Position numbers and translations under genes: made by a program. Below are positions 35,930 through 49,459 of a DNA stretch of 64,000 bases, piece by piece. Within the stretch, counting starts at the first letter, position 1, and each line of letters starts with the position of its first letter. The stretch comes from Podarcis filfolensis. Taxonomy: Eukaryota. Under the pieces are notes generated by a model that made no database searches, was not told the origin of the DNA, and was given only the letters and a program-made list of their open reading frames with translations. The stretch is from assembly GCA_964270895.1 (NCBI GenBank), contig OZ185435.1. One strand, given 5' to 3'.

Positions 35930-35961
35930 TCCCTCTCCCTCTCCCTCTCCCTCTCCCTCTC
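35897..35961. repeat. Compound (CT)n-(CTCTCC)n microsatellite
   Basis: Direct reading. Confidence 0.97.
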
Positions 35962-36934
35962 ATAGCTCTTCATGTCTATGCAGCGGAGCAAATGGCAAGC
36001 TTTCTTTTGCAAAAGTGGTGACAAAAATCTGACACATTAAATCAATGACAGCAAAGATTCTCAAGACTCTAAGAAATCTGGGAAATATGTCAAGCATCTA
36101 CTATCTGGGCACTACAGTCTTGCTTGAAACCTACCTGGAGGCTAAACAGCTGATTAGAGGTAGGAACATGCTTAAGTGCCTTGCTGGGGGATAGGGGAGA
36201 AGGTGCTGATGCAGCTGGGCCATCACTTGCCATGCAGCTCAGCGTCGCCTTTTGCAACTAACAAGAAGTTCTTCATTTTCCAAGCTGTGTTGATGGCTGC
36301 AGAGCAAAGAATCCCAAGCCTCTGACCACACACTAAAATAGTTTCTCAGGACGAGTCATAGCAATCTTAAATGTTTTTGGTCGGAAATAGCTTCAGAGGG
36401 TATTGGTTGCTGCTGTATCCTGTCCCCAGTTCCTTACCAGCTCACAGCGCTTTCATTTTGATTAATAACACTGCACATTTTTGGATGTCTTAGTCACCGG
36501 AGAAGCAGCACATAGCTTTGGTGCTACTCAAGTGTATTCTCTGCCCCCCCCGGGGGGGGAGGGAGGGAGCTTATCACTTGCATTAATTTACTGTTAGGAT
36601 TGTTTGGTGTGTTTTTTTAAAGAAAGAAAGAAAACAGAAAGAGCTTTCACTTTTCACTAGTTTGTGAGCCCACCCTGCATTTCCCCTGGATGGGCTGATG
36701 TTCATTAGGTAGGACACACGCTAGCACTAATGTGGAAAGTTAGAAACCAAAGACAACTTGTCCCTGTGCCCAAAAGTGACTCATTGTCCCTTTCCTTGCT
36801 CCAGCCAAAAGCAGATTCAGAAGCTGTGAGAGTTTCCTGAAGATAAGAGATAAATCGAAGGAAAACCTGGCAAAAAGAATGGAAGAAAAAAAGATGATGG
36901 TCTCGTTTCAAGATAGCATTTCCTTCAAAGCCCC

Positions 36935-37448
36935 TCCATGCTAATTAACCATTCTGTGCATATTTTCAACCACATTAAGGGATTTCCTCATCAAAATAAA
37001 CTTCCTCCTTTGCTATCTTCTCTCTCTCTCTCTCACTCTCTCTCGGCATCTGGGATTGCAGTTTTGCTGCAAGAATCAGGGTTAAAGAGCCGAATGCTGC
37101 TTGTATGTGTGTGTGTTTATATATTCATTGAAGCCTTGCCAGGATAGCCCTAGAATCCCAGCGCCTGATCCAAATCCTATTTCGGCTAATGGGATCTTTG
37201 CTGTGTACTTCAAGGGAGGAGAATCGAGCTCCTAGCCTTGTGTGTCCAGATTGTTTCACTTACGCTGCATAATGTGCTGCTAATAAACTGCAGATGGACT
37301 CCAGCCGGAAAAATTCCAATGCCAGGCCATTTGCAAAACTTGAAGGTGTTCACACCTACAAATGTATCCCGAAAACAAGCTGCTTATTTATAGCATGCAT
37401 GCACCCAAGAGCAATTGTCTGGCTGAAAAGCACACTAATAAGGTATAA
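36935..37448 (+). other. Promoter- or first-exon-like segment
   Basis: CTAATTAA at 36941, a CT tract and a UTR-like stretch. ORFs from ATG 37294 (phase 2) or 37362 (MYPENKLLIYSMHAPKSNCLAEKHTNK, phase 0) end at donor ag|gtataa (37443). Confidence 0.28.
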
Positions 37449-39419
37449 TTTATTTTCTTTTTTCCCCAGCGTGGGATGCCACTCATGATCTTATATGTTT
37501 TCTCTTATCGCAGTATTCAGCTATAAGCACTCGTCCATCATTTCCACCCAAGCATTGACTGAAATATCCTGAGTCCATTTAACCGAATAATCCTTAACTT
37601 GTGCTGACTCAGTGCCATGTTTTAGCAGGGTTCGCCCCCCCCAAAAAAATTTATAGGATTAATATTGTTGAAATTAACTTTTCAAATTCAATCAATGTAC
37701 GGTATATGTTTTAAAATATCCAGTCAGAAGGGATCTGATTTGAAAATATTGATCCCAAGGAAGGCTCTTCCCATTAGTCCTTTTATTTGACAATGCAGTA
37801 TCATTCCATTTTGTTTTGCCAAATCTTTATATCTGAAAGAATTATTCTGTTTTCCCAGATCTGTTTTAATTAACTGTTATATTAAGTTGTGCTTTATTGT
37901 TGCAAACCACCCTCAGAGTTATATAAAAGGCAGTATAAAATATTTTGAATAAAGAAATAAACATATAAACCTTTGCCTGCAAATAGGTCTGAAATTTAAT
38001 ACATATGTAAGTATGTTTAGGCTGTGCCTAATAGAAAGTCCTCACAAAGTGGATTACGTGAAACAAGAATATACAGCAAAAAATACAATATCACAATGGG
38101 GCATGCAACAACTCTTCAAAAATCCAGCCGCAGGCCAGTACCATACCATGAAAACCACCTAACACAACTTCAGATCAGCAGAAAAAGTTGTTTTAAGAAA
38201 AAGTGGCTTGAGATAAATCCTGTGTAAATGATGGAGTCTTAGACACAGTAGCTGGGAGGGACAGTATGGGGACAACACCAAAAAGGTCCTGCTTCTTGTG
38301 CCTACCAAGGCATCACATTACTACAGTAATGATTTAGGATGCCACATAAGTACCGACACCTTTAGAGAAAGGATCAAAGGCAGAGTAAAGCTGAGATATT
38401 TCATAACACTATCTCAGGTTTCCTCTGCCTTTCCTCCTGAGGGCAGAAAAATGTGTTTCTGTTGGTGATGGGGACAACAAGTGAAAGTCTCAGGGTCCCC
38501 AATTTTCAGTTCCTTCTCTTTCAGCTTTAAGATGATGCTTCTCTGCTGTCTGTACCAGCAGATAGTTTCAAGAGAATAAGGCAGACAGACTTGGGGAGAT
38601 TTTGTTCTGCAGGCAGTATCAATCATAGATGATGCTGCATAAATGATACCTGCTTGACTGTAAGCCAATTAATAATTGGTGATGATGTATTTGTTTATTG
38701 CACGAACGTGAAGAAGAAATTATATGATTTTTAAAAATGCACACTGTTAAATTTTTGCTCACATGATAGTTTAGGAACTTTGTAAGTTGCCTAAAGGGTT
38801 CAGTGTAGGCAACTCATAAATCTAATGGATAAATACATATAATTTAACTTGATTAGATTTTTCAAGCTGAGCTGGAAGGGTTGGAAGATAAGAATTACTA
38901 TACTAGAGGACTTCTTAAGACTATACTATACTTTTAAGGAACAGTTTAATAAGGTTTTCCATAGCAAAAACACACACACAAAACATTAAAACCCCAGAGT
39001 ATATATATATTCAGTTACAGCACACGTAAGAGCAAAACAAGTAGACAATAGAAAATCTCCCACAAATATACAACCCATAATTCACAAACACTAAGTGAAG
39101 CAGTCAGGGAACCATCATATACGTAAGTAATCAATTAGCCAAGCATAAAGGGAAGTTAACTCAGTAAGCCTATAATATCACTGCATAAAGCCACATGAGT
39201 TGAGGGAGAAAGCGAGTCATGCTCTATGACCAAAACATATGAAATAAAACAAAGCCATTTCACATAAAACCTACTTTTCCCCCTCCTTGGATTCTTCCAT
39301 TTCCTCAGCTGAAAAGTTAGTCTTTCCATAAGGGCCACCAAGCAAATATGAGAATGTCACTCCTTCATCAAATTGGCTGTTAACAATTCCCAATTTCACT
39401 ACCACCATAGAGACTGCAA

Positions 39420-39881
39420 AGATCACCAGTGTCGAAGCAATGATTCTTCAACATCAACTTCGTTGGACTGGTCATGTTGTGTGGATGCCTGATTATCATC
39501 TTCCAAAGCAATTACTCTATTCCGAACTTAAAAATGGGAAGTGTAATGCTGGTGGTCAACAAAAGAGGTTTAAAGACTCTCTCAAGGCAAATCTTAAAAA
39601 ATGTCGTATAAACACTGACTGGGAAACACTAGCCTGTGGGTGCCCCAACTGGAGAACAGCCTTTACCAAAGGTGTCATGGACTTTGAAAAGGAAGAAACA
39701 TTTGGCAAACCCTCACTGTGATCAACTCATGCCCAGAAACCTTGTCCCCACTGTGGAAGGATGTGTGGATCCAGAATTGGCTTCCACAGTCACTTATGGA
39801 CTACTCACTGTTAAGACCATATTCATGGAAGACAATCTTACTTGGCTATGAGTGATCGCCAAAGAAGAAAAAGAAGAAGAA
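39420..39881 (+). mobile_element. 5'-truncated RTE-clade LINE with (GAA)n tail
   Basis: Encodes ILQHQLRWTGHVVWMPDYHLPKQLLYSELKNG..KRFKDSLKANL (RTE RT C-terminus). TSD AGACTGCAA at 39411-39419 and 39883-39891. Confidence 0.88.
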
Positions 39882-40575
39882 TAGACTGCAATAAAAAAGG
39901 AAACCAACAAACTCTTTTCGTTTCCATCATCTGAGTGCCATAAGTGGATCTGGTGTCAACAGCTGCCCCATAATCAATCAGAGATCCTTTTTGACAATTA
40001 CCTACTTTACAGTTTCTGATGAAAATGCACAGGAGCTTAAGGTCCTATGATGATCTGTAATACTGAATAAACTAGCATTAATTATTGTCATTTTCAAAGG
40101 CACTTGTTTTCAGATACGCCCTCGTGAATAAATGCAGCTATTCTACTATCAAAACAAAATAAGTGGAATTAAACCAAAAACAACAAATAATGAGTATGAC
40201 CTGAAAATCTCAAATAATTCTATAGTAAATGGTAAAAGATTTCTGGCCTCCATGCAAGGGAAAATCTGTGGAAGAATATAACACCATTGAATCTTCAATG
40301 CTGTTTCACTTGTGGTTTATGTTAAATATTAAATCATTGTCAAATTATTATTATTTTAACATCCCACTTATGCATGTACTCCAGGATGACTCATTGCCCA
40401 TCACTTAAAGTTACAATGATCTGAAATTTACAAAGGGAATTAGGCTTAGAACCGCAGCCTGCCATTGTTTTGTTAGAAGCAACCACTTAGGGCTTTGAGG
40501 TTGACTAAGAATTACTGCGGAACACAGCACACAAAAAACTCTTTCATTGCTCATAACCAGCAGAGGTGAATTATT

Positions 40576-41197
40576 AAGAACATAAGAAGAGCCTGCTGGA
40601 TCAGGCCAATGGCCTGTCTATTCCAGCATCATGTTCTCACAGTGGCCAACCAGATGCCTGTGGGAAACCTGCAAGCGGGATCTGCGCACAAGAGCCCTCT
40701 CTCCTCCTGTGGTTTCCAGCACCTGGTATTCAGAAGCACTGCTGCCTCCAACTGTGAAGGCAGAGCACAGCCACCATGACTAGCAGCCTTTGATAGTCCT
40801 CCTTCCATGAATTTGCCTCATCCTCTTTTAAAGTCATCTAGGTTGGTAGCCATCCCTGCTTTCTGTGGAAGTGAGTTCCACACTTTATGCAGTGCATGAA
40901 GAAATTCTTTTATCTGTCCTGAATCTTCCAACATTTAGCTTCATTGCCCATGAGTGTTATGCGGAGGGGATCTTCTTCTTCTTCTTCTTCTTCTTCTTCT
41001 TCTGTCGTTTAGTCATGTCTGACTCTTCGTGACCCCATGGACCAGAGCACGCCAGGCACTCCTGTCTTCCACTTCCTCCCACAGTTTGGTCAAACTCATG
41101 CTGGTAGCTTTGAGAACAATGTCCAACCATCTTGTCCTCTGTCGTCCCCTTCTCCTTGTGATGTCCACAAGTTTTAGTGTTATGCAGAGGGGAATTT
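40576..41197 (-). mobile_element. CR1 LINE 3' fragment interrupted by BovB
   Basis: Starts aagaacataagaagagcctgctggatcagg; resumes after BovB at atgtccacaagttttagtgttatg. Confidence 0.82.
40971..41160 (-). mobile_element. 5'-truncated BovB (RTE) LINE with (GAA)n tail
   Basis: Minus strand ggagaaggggacgacagaggac.agatgg..catgagtttga.caaact..gcctggcgtgct..gtccatggggtc.c.aagagtc.gaca.gact. Flanked by agtgttatgc(g/a)gagggga. Confidence 0.88.
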
Positions 41198-41797
41198 TCT
41201 TGTTCTTCTTCTTCTTTTTATTTATTATTATTTAAACCCGCTCACCTGGCTGGGTTTCCCCAGCCACTCTTGGTAGGCTGTCATTATCCAATGAGTCCTA
41301 TTCACTCCTTTCCTTCTGTGCAGTTAAGAATCACATGACGGGCAGAGTGAAGTGATGCCCAGTGGCCTCCTTTTGGCAGGACCTGCCCCATTTATCCACA
41401 CGTTGGGGAAGCTTCTGGAATGGGGCGTAAACTCCCTACAGAAATTATTCCAATGCTGTGGGGAGCAGCAGGGTATGTGACAGAAGGACCCCAATGAGAA
41501 TGGACCCAATGTCTCCTTCAAGTGATTTTTAATTGTAAGAGGGGGAAAGGGGTAAACTAAGCTCTGGTTTTATTTCATAGCATAACTATTCCTTCCCCAC
41601 AGTCTTCTTGCACCTGATTCTTCTGTAAGCAGACCTCAACATAACATATCCACAATATAATCGCAGTGAAGCCAGTGATTCCAACTTTGGTTATGTCAAG
41701 ATTCTGCATCATGTGAGCATGTGTTAGATTTATGTACGTCCATTTACTATGTGTCAGCTATAAAAGAAAAGAAAAGTCAATCCCATGCTAAGAACTG

Positions 41798-42044
41798 CAG
41801 TGGTACCTTGGTAGTTGAACGGCTTGGCTCCCAAACAATTCGGCTCCCAAATGTCACACACCTAGAAGTGAGTGTTCCAGTTTGCAAACTTTTTTGGAAG
41901 CTGAATGTCCCACAGGGCTTCTGTGGCTTCCGACTGAGTGACAGCTCCTGCAGCCAATTGGAAGCCACGCTTTAGTTTTTGAACTGTTTCGGGAGTCGAA
42001 CAGACTCCCGGATCGAATTAAATTCGAGAATCAAGGTACCACTG
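41798..42044. mobile_element. Tigger/pogo-type MITE, family B
   Basis: TIR cagtggtaccttgg / tcaaggtaccactg; internal similarity to 25069-25280. Confidence 0.85.
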
Positions 42045-44869
42045 TATTAGGATTTGAGTCAAAAACCTCCAGCGTTCTAATGCCTTTATGTAAATGTTGA
42101 AAGAAACAAAGACTTTAAGAAACAAAGACAGAGTCATGACCCATCAAGACTGACCATCAGCAAAGCAAAGGCTGGGCCAGCTGCAATTGTAGTTAGTAAG
42201 ACAAAATATTAGTAGTTTTGGTTTAAGATTGCAGTTTGCCTGTGTAAGCAAACAGGAAAATTTTTCACTTTTGCAAGCTTGATGAGAGGGACAGAGCGCA
42301 AGGCTTTCTGTCTCTTTTACATGTAGAGAGGATCAGATGTTTGGAGTCTCTTTGAATCCAAGGCTGCAGCAGTAGAAGGAACAGGATTCCCTTCAGGTGT
42401 AATGCTGTGCATTCCAACATCCTAGGCTCAAGTTGCATATATATGTAAATAAACCATATATCATAAAGACTCCACAGTCCCCGCTGTGCCTCTTCGTCAC
42501 ACAGACCCTGGTAAATGTGCCTGGTACCCCTGGAATCCTGCACCACTTAGAGATTGGGGTGGCATGTAACACTATATTTTTTCCCCAAATGTTAGAATGT
42601 AAAACAAATGTAATTCTGATAGAATATGACACACATCCCAAGAAATTAAGATATTTCCAATATGTCAGTCTTGACATCAGTCAAGATTCTATGATTCTTT
42701 AATTGGTTCCCACAAATGTACATATCCAAGTGGAATTTGCATTTCAACCTAATATTGTCCATATGTATTTCTCCAAAGCTATTCTTCTGCGGAACAAGAA
42801 TGCAGCATCAGCATTTGTCTTCAGATGCAGTAGGCAAACATCTTTGGTCCTTAGCTTTGCAAATGCCAAACATGCCAGATATTCCATCTTTCGCGAGAGA
42901 TAATCCTTTGAGTCAAATCTTCACTTGCGATGCAATATAAGAAGCATTCCCCTCCCCACCCTATTTCCTGCAACAATTAAGTAAAGTCTCCAGGGGAAGC
43001 CCACTCTCTTCCCCGCCTCATCCTCCCTTTGAAAGTGGCGTTATCAGATGAGTCATATGCCTGTTTTTATGCACTAGTGCACATGTTGCAGATCCATTAT
43101 GAATTCATGCTTCAGCCCATGACTATGAAGTCAGAGGGAATAGCAAAGAGGCAGCTGCTTAGATCAAGCGGCAGTGTCGGTCTACCCTAAGCTTGCAGCC
43201 AAAATCAACAGTGTCTCTTTTACAGTTGATCTAGGGAATGATGTTACATAAATGGGATGTTTGAACTAATGACTAAGTCAAATACAGCTGGACAATCCCC
43301 CCTCCCACCGCCAACCCCCCCCCCCCCCATTCTCAAAGAAATTCAGCTGATGAAGTTACACTTGCAGTCTTGTTATGTAAATCTAGAGCTGGAAGGCTAG
43401 TTTCAACAAGATGTGTTTCTTCCTCTTAATTTCTTTTGTACCATCTTCTGGAACACACACTACACATACACACAAACACATAGTGGGTTTGGGGAAACTC
43501 TCAGACTCTTCAGTGAGCAAGTACCTTTGCTATTTTTTCTCTGTCAGGGCCCCCTTTGTACTGGGCACACACCCAACATCTATCTCTTTAGCGATGTGCA
43601 CTTATGTGCTGGTTATGCTATGGGAGGGTTTGTATATACAGTGCATTTCCCTTCACAGACTTCTGTGCAAAAGACGACTTGAAATCCACAGTAAGAGCTT
43701 CACACATAATGATTGTACAAGGGGTGTTGGGCCATGTATTTATATGGTATACATGATGTGCAGTCAGTTTTCACTCCCTAGTGTGTATACATGAAATGAA
43801 ATAGACATATCTTGAGGTGTGGTGATCAGTAGGGATGGGGAAATTGTGCCAATGTTAGTGGACTACAACTCCCATCAATCTTGACCATGGACCAGGCTGG
43901 CTGGAACTGAGTGATGGGAGCTGATGGGAGTTGGAGTCCAATAACATCTGGAAGGCTACATTTTCCCGTCCCAAATCTTCAGACAGGTTTCCAGAAATTT
44001 ATTTCATGAATTCTATGGTGTGTGTGTGGGGGGGGTGTAAATATAAAATCTGGAGCACCTTATATTACACAATCAAGTAGTGTAAGGCATGTATTTCTTT
44101 TTATCCATTATGAGGCAGGCTGTCTATTAATTTTTCATGGGTTTAGCACAGACCAGTTTCTCTTTTTCTGACTGAATAATAAATGTTCTGCTAAAACAAG
44201 CAGGACCTAAAATCATTATCCCGAGAGTACAAAATCACCTTCCCTCATGCTGGAAATGAGTTTAAAGAATTAATGTTTTTCCTAAAATATGGAATGCATT
44301 TGTTCGTGAAACACATGTTCCCATTAACATCCTCTGGTTCCTGACTATCTGCAAAGTTACTATAAAATGCTTTTTAAGGTGCAATGCTGCAAAAAAATAT
44401 TTGTAGAACTGCAGACACACTTTCATTCAATTTCTTTTAATATTACCTAGTCCGACTTCTGCAAGTTGTGTTTCTGCAGAACAAAAAAAGAAAGAGGACA
44501 AATTTCAGAGGGTATAGACTCTAAATACCTCACACACAAACCGCACACAGCATTGTCATATCAAATGTGGTGTGGGTTTTTTGGAAAGCATGTTTGTTGT
44601 CCAAGAGCTCCAAATCCACATTAACGGTGCACCCTGAATTTGCTAGCATGCCACTGAATCCAACCTGCAAAATAGGGACAGCCTAGAAGCTGTCATAGGC
44701 AATTCACATGGTGAATAGTTGTTGATTAACACCAGGTGATAGTCATGCCTTAATCCTATTGCAGTGGAGTCTAGTCCATTAAGACAAATAGAGCCCTGCC
44801 CCACCAACATCCCTTTGCCCTCAGTCAACCCCTACCTGCCTGCCTGCTTACGTACATCTAGCTGAGTGG

Positions 44870-45015
44870 GTGGCATCTCTAGATAGGGCTAGGAGAGAAA
44901 CCAGTATGAAATCCTGGAGAGCTTCTGCCAGTCAGTGTAGACAGTGTAGACTTCTGCCAGTCAGTGAGCAAGACAGACCAGTGGTCTGACTCATTGTAAG
45001 GGCAGTTTCCTAGGT
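44870..45015 (+). mobile_element. tRNA-Ala-type SINE 3' half with an internal duplication
   Basis: ttctgccagtcagtg occurs twice. Confidence 0.65.
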
Positions 45016-46682
45016 TCTCCATCAAGGAGCTACCCAGTCTAGCTTCCATAATAGAACTCTTAGGGAGACAAGTAATACATTACTGTGTTTCCTAAGTAAA
45101 AAAAAGTGCATTGAAGTGTGTAATGCATATGTGGCCTTAACATACAGGAAGAAATACTGTGTGGCTTTTCTTTGCCCATGGGAGATTTCAGTATTCAGTG
45201 ATTTCTCAGAGAGAAGCACATATTTGGGAAAAATGCATTTCGTTTTCCTCTGGCTTGATCAATCCTATGGTTTACAATGAATCTTTTAGATTTGAGATCT
45301 GGATAACTGCTTTCACAGGAATCCAAAGAATGGGGAAAGATACTGAGTAATGAAAATTACACTAAGCAAATAGTTTAGAAAGCCATAAGCTTCCCTGTCT
45401 CCATGAAGATGTACGTCTGCAGCTGGCTTCTACAGCTGTCATTGGCATACAAAATGAAATCCCAAAGTTCCGAGCCCACAAAGACTAGAAAGGGGAGGAG
45501 TGTTGATTCTGGTTACTGAGAAGCAAAAAGCCAGGCTGTTTCCAAAGGGTGGTGAGGTTTTCAGCTAGTAAATGTGTCTGGTAACTCTGAGAGAACCAGT
45601 ACAGGAGGCTGATACAACTCTGACCCTAAGGGCTCTGTAACCCAGTCATAGGAATTTCGGACATATTTTACAGAACTGGACTTTTGCATGCAAACTGGTT
45701 GGTGGTCAGGCAGGAAGGGGAGTGGGGAAGACCCTTTGCATCTTTCTACAACAAAAACATTTTATTTGATTTGCAATATGCTGCAGAAACACATTCAAGA
45801 AACCTAGGCAGTAGGATTCTAAGCCTCCATCAAAGCATGATGCAATGCTCTTTGTTGAAACTTTGTTCTCTCTCAGTAATGTACAAACTGGGAGTGGGTT
45901 CTAAGTTGAAGAGCTGGGACACAGCTATGCTTCCTGGAGCCAGTCACCAGAACTACCTTCCCATCAGCCTTAACCCTTCCCAGCAGTCCATTGCCTGAAG
46001 TCACCCCCCAAAACTTTTGCCTGGCTACGATACTGGAAATGAAGACATTGGGGAGAAGAGTTCCTAGGGAGGGAAGGTAGAAGGATTCACACCCCACATC
46101 TGCATATTTGTTACTCTCAAAACTGGGCCTATTTATAAATAATTAGAGGAGGCTAAATTTCTTACCGATCAGTCTATCGCCATCATGTATATCTGGAGCC
46201 TAACTACCAGAAGATAATTCGCTCCTTAGAAGATTCCTCTTGGTTGTCTGTGTTGGGTCCATACATGCAATATACATGTGTGTGGGTTCAGATGTAGACC
46301 TTGTAAAAGTCTACCTTGTGTTTTATTGGTGATGTTTCCTGAATCCTTTTGTGGTGATTTATGATGGTAAGCAGGAATGTATAAGAATGTATTTAAAAAA
46401 AACAATAATTCATTGTTGATGGGCAACATCAAGTCTGTCTTCTTAGGGTTGTTTATCTTGAGTGGACCAGCCAGCTCTTCAAACATAGGAATCCTTCAAA
46501 TAGAGAACTATGCTCTGACAGCTCCTCAAATACAGAATTGATTTCCGTAAATTAAGACACTTGTAACCATAAGTACACAAGCCTGAGGCTCATGCACCTT
46601 ACACTAAGCTATGACTTAAAGTGGGAATGTAGCCTACATGTATATTGAGGGGAGGGGTTTACTATCTGGAAAACAACACATG

Positions 46683-46849
46683 CAGTGGCGTAGCGTGGGG
46701 GTGCAGGGGGGCCGGCCGCACTGGGAGCAACATCTGGGGGTTAGGGTTAGGGGGCGCAAATCCACGGGTTAGGGGGCGCAAATCCACGGGTTAGGGGGCA
46801 CAAATTACTTGCCTTGCCCCGGGTGCTAACAACCCACGCTACGCCACTG
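46683..46849. mobile_element. hAT-type MITE with TTAGGG motifs (copy 3, longest)
   Basis: TIRs, perfect TSD AACACATG, and three 22-bp gggttagggggcgcaaatccac-type units. Confidence 0.93.
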
Positions 46850-48649
46850 AACACATGAAAGCTATCTTTCAAGAGAATATGATATGCAGAGTATCATATA
46901 AATCAATAATCTATACTTTATATAAAACATGTTCCAGTTTCAAAACATGTCAAAATAGATACAGGATGCCCTCAAAGCCCCAGACACTATCTATGAGTAA
47001 TTCCAAGTGAATACATTGATAAAACTGCTTGGTAGCTCAGATTGAATTGCAGTGGGACTAAATGCTAACTTTCATTCATGAATGACAATGTTTGTGTAGA
47101 ATATCATAATTGGATATTGCTTGCTAAATCTATAAAGTCATCTGTTATGTGAATGAGCCGCTGTTTTTCTAATGGGCAGGCTTGTTAGATGTATTCTGTA
47201 AATTCACCTCTTGACAACATAAAAGGAATTGTGGCATAAACTGGGTTCTTTTTTTAAATGTAACTTTTAAAAGACTATGACTGAAAGAGAGGGTTCTGCT
47301 TCCCCCTCCCCATTTTATATGATTCCCAAGAATGCAAAAAAAAAAAAACCTCTCCCACTCTCCACCCAATTTTTAGAAACACTTTATAAAAATACACGAT
47401 TCCCATGAACTGGAACGGAAGGCAAAGGGGTGTTAGTTTGCACATCAAACCCTAGCAACTCATAATGTGTCACACAATGGAAATTCTGCATAGCAGCCCT
47501 GCAATATACCACAGGATCTCATAAAAAAACCCTATAGTACTCTGCATAACATGCTGCTATTGGGAGACTACACCACCAAGTTTTTGCTCACTCAAACCCC
47601 AGGGTAGTTGAGAAATTTTCATGGAGCTTATAGTGATTTATAATGGGAAGCATAGGCTTTTTCAGCTACATTGTTCTCACTGACAGTGTAAAGAAAGAGA
47701 CCACTAAATCTCTTCTCATCATAACTAATGATTAAGTCAGCAGCTTTTGGGGCGAATACAGAATGCCCTTCTACAAAAACAAAGTATTCTATTGTAATGC
47801 ATTACATTTTTCTCCCAGAAAAAAAAATTCTTTTAAGTATCCCATAAGGCTTTTGCAATATCTTTAACTAGATCTTCTCTCATTGTCACCATATTGAAAT
47901 AAATGGAATGTGTCAGGCTGGGTAATGCCCTTTCAATAACTTTTTAGGAGCTCACTCAACAGTTTGGAAAGGGGGGGAGGATAAAGAAATGAAGCAAACT
48001 TTCTCAGGATCTTCGATGCCTTGAATGAAAGATTGGCTCACTAAGAGGAAAAAGCTTAGGCTGACATCAGTGCTAATAGGTGGAACAAGAAAGGATAATT
48101 CTGCTAAGTCAGTGTTACTTTACACATGTCCCAATAGCTTGAGAAGTAAATTACCCAATTAAAGAATGGGATTTGATGGCAATTCCCTGTGATATAAAGA
48201 TCTTATTTAAATGTCTGTAAATGGATCAAATACTAATAGCAGGGCTAATTCTGCATGCAGGTATGGAGAATTTGACATGCATTCTCTAGGCTATTATAAA
48301 GCATCTTACAATGTCATGCCATTGGGAACGAATTGTCCTGGGATCTTAGATAGGGGTCATAGTTCAGATTCAAAGAGTTATGATCATTTGGTCAATTTTA
48401 AAAGATCTCAATTTTTCATAAACCTTCCTTAATGCTGCCTGACAAAAGATAGCATCTACAGTATCTTCCTTCTTGTTGCTGATAGTCTGTGTACATTTCT
48501 AGCAACAATAGCAGGAATCCAGACATGAGAACATGTCTTTCAACATCTTTGTCTCACTTTATATTACTTTTTCCAAAGACATATTCAACACCAGCACAAT
48601 CTAGTTCTTACAACATACTAATATCCTTGGAGTAAGCAAGCATTCAACA

Positions 48650-48845
48650 GGGAATGCTGATTGTAATAAAAGATTTAGGAAGAAAACATGATATGAAGGC
48701 TGGCAACATTAACCCCGCCATATGGGAATTCCTTGCAGATGATTGCAATGCCTGGAGACAGGACAGGGAGGTTTTGTATGCACAGAAGTGACCAGAGGAG
48801 GAATGACCACTGGGAGTATAGCAGAGAGAAGAAACACCATGATGG
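48650..48845 (+). mobile_element. Old RTE LINE 3' fragment followed by an L2-like tail (to about 49020)
   Basis: Degenerate KRDMKAGNI..WE.LADD..AWRQ coding remnant. Confidence 0.55.
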
Positions 48846-49459
48846 ACCCTATGCCCTTTTAAAATGTGGCTCTTTTTTTGCGGAGAGGGTGTGTTACTGG
48901 GTTGTTGTTTTTATTTTGATTATATATATTGTGGTTTTTATGTTGATCTTTTCTGTGAACCGGCCTAAGACCTCCAGGTATAAGGTGGTATATAAAATCA
49001 ATAAATGATAATAATAACATAAAAAACCAGACACCTTCATCTGCCCTGCCTGCAATAAAACATGTCTCTCCCATATCGGTCTCTACAGCCACAGTTACAG
49101 GTGCTGTAACTCTCCAGTGGTTTGACATTACCCCATACCACTTTGATATATGGATCAGCTAAAGGATTTTGCACTTATAAGGCTATGTTCATGGTTGGAA
49201 TTTCATACAGTATTTATAAAAATGCTAAGAACCAGGATTTTGCTATCCTAAATCACAACTATCTTTCTCCTCTTCCTCCTAGTCAGATTTGATTTTCAAT
49301 GTCACACCTCCTTATTGCATTGGTAGTGTACCATTTATGATCATCCTAAAGAAGTAATAGACCTTTCAAACCTTAAGCTTCTCACCCTTTGAACGTCATG
49401 AAAAAACTGAGAGTGTCATGTGAAGGGTATTCTCTTTAGCACAGCATAAATGTGCTCAG

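Noticed and set aside
46741-46800. Possible CRISPR-like or true telomeric array
   Set aside because: These are short tandem units inside a TIR/TSD-bounded MITE in a eukaryote, with no unique spacers and no long (TTAGGG)n tract.
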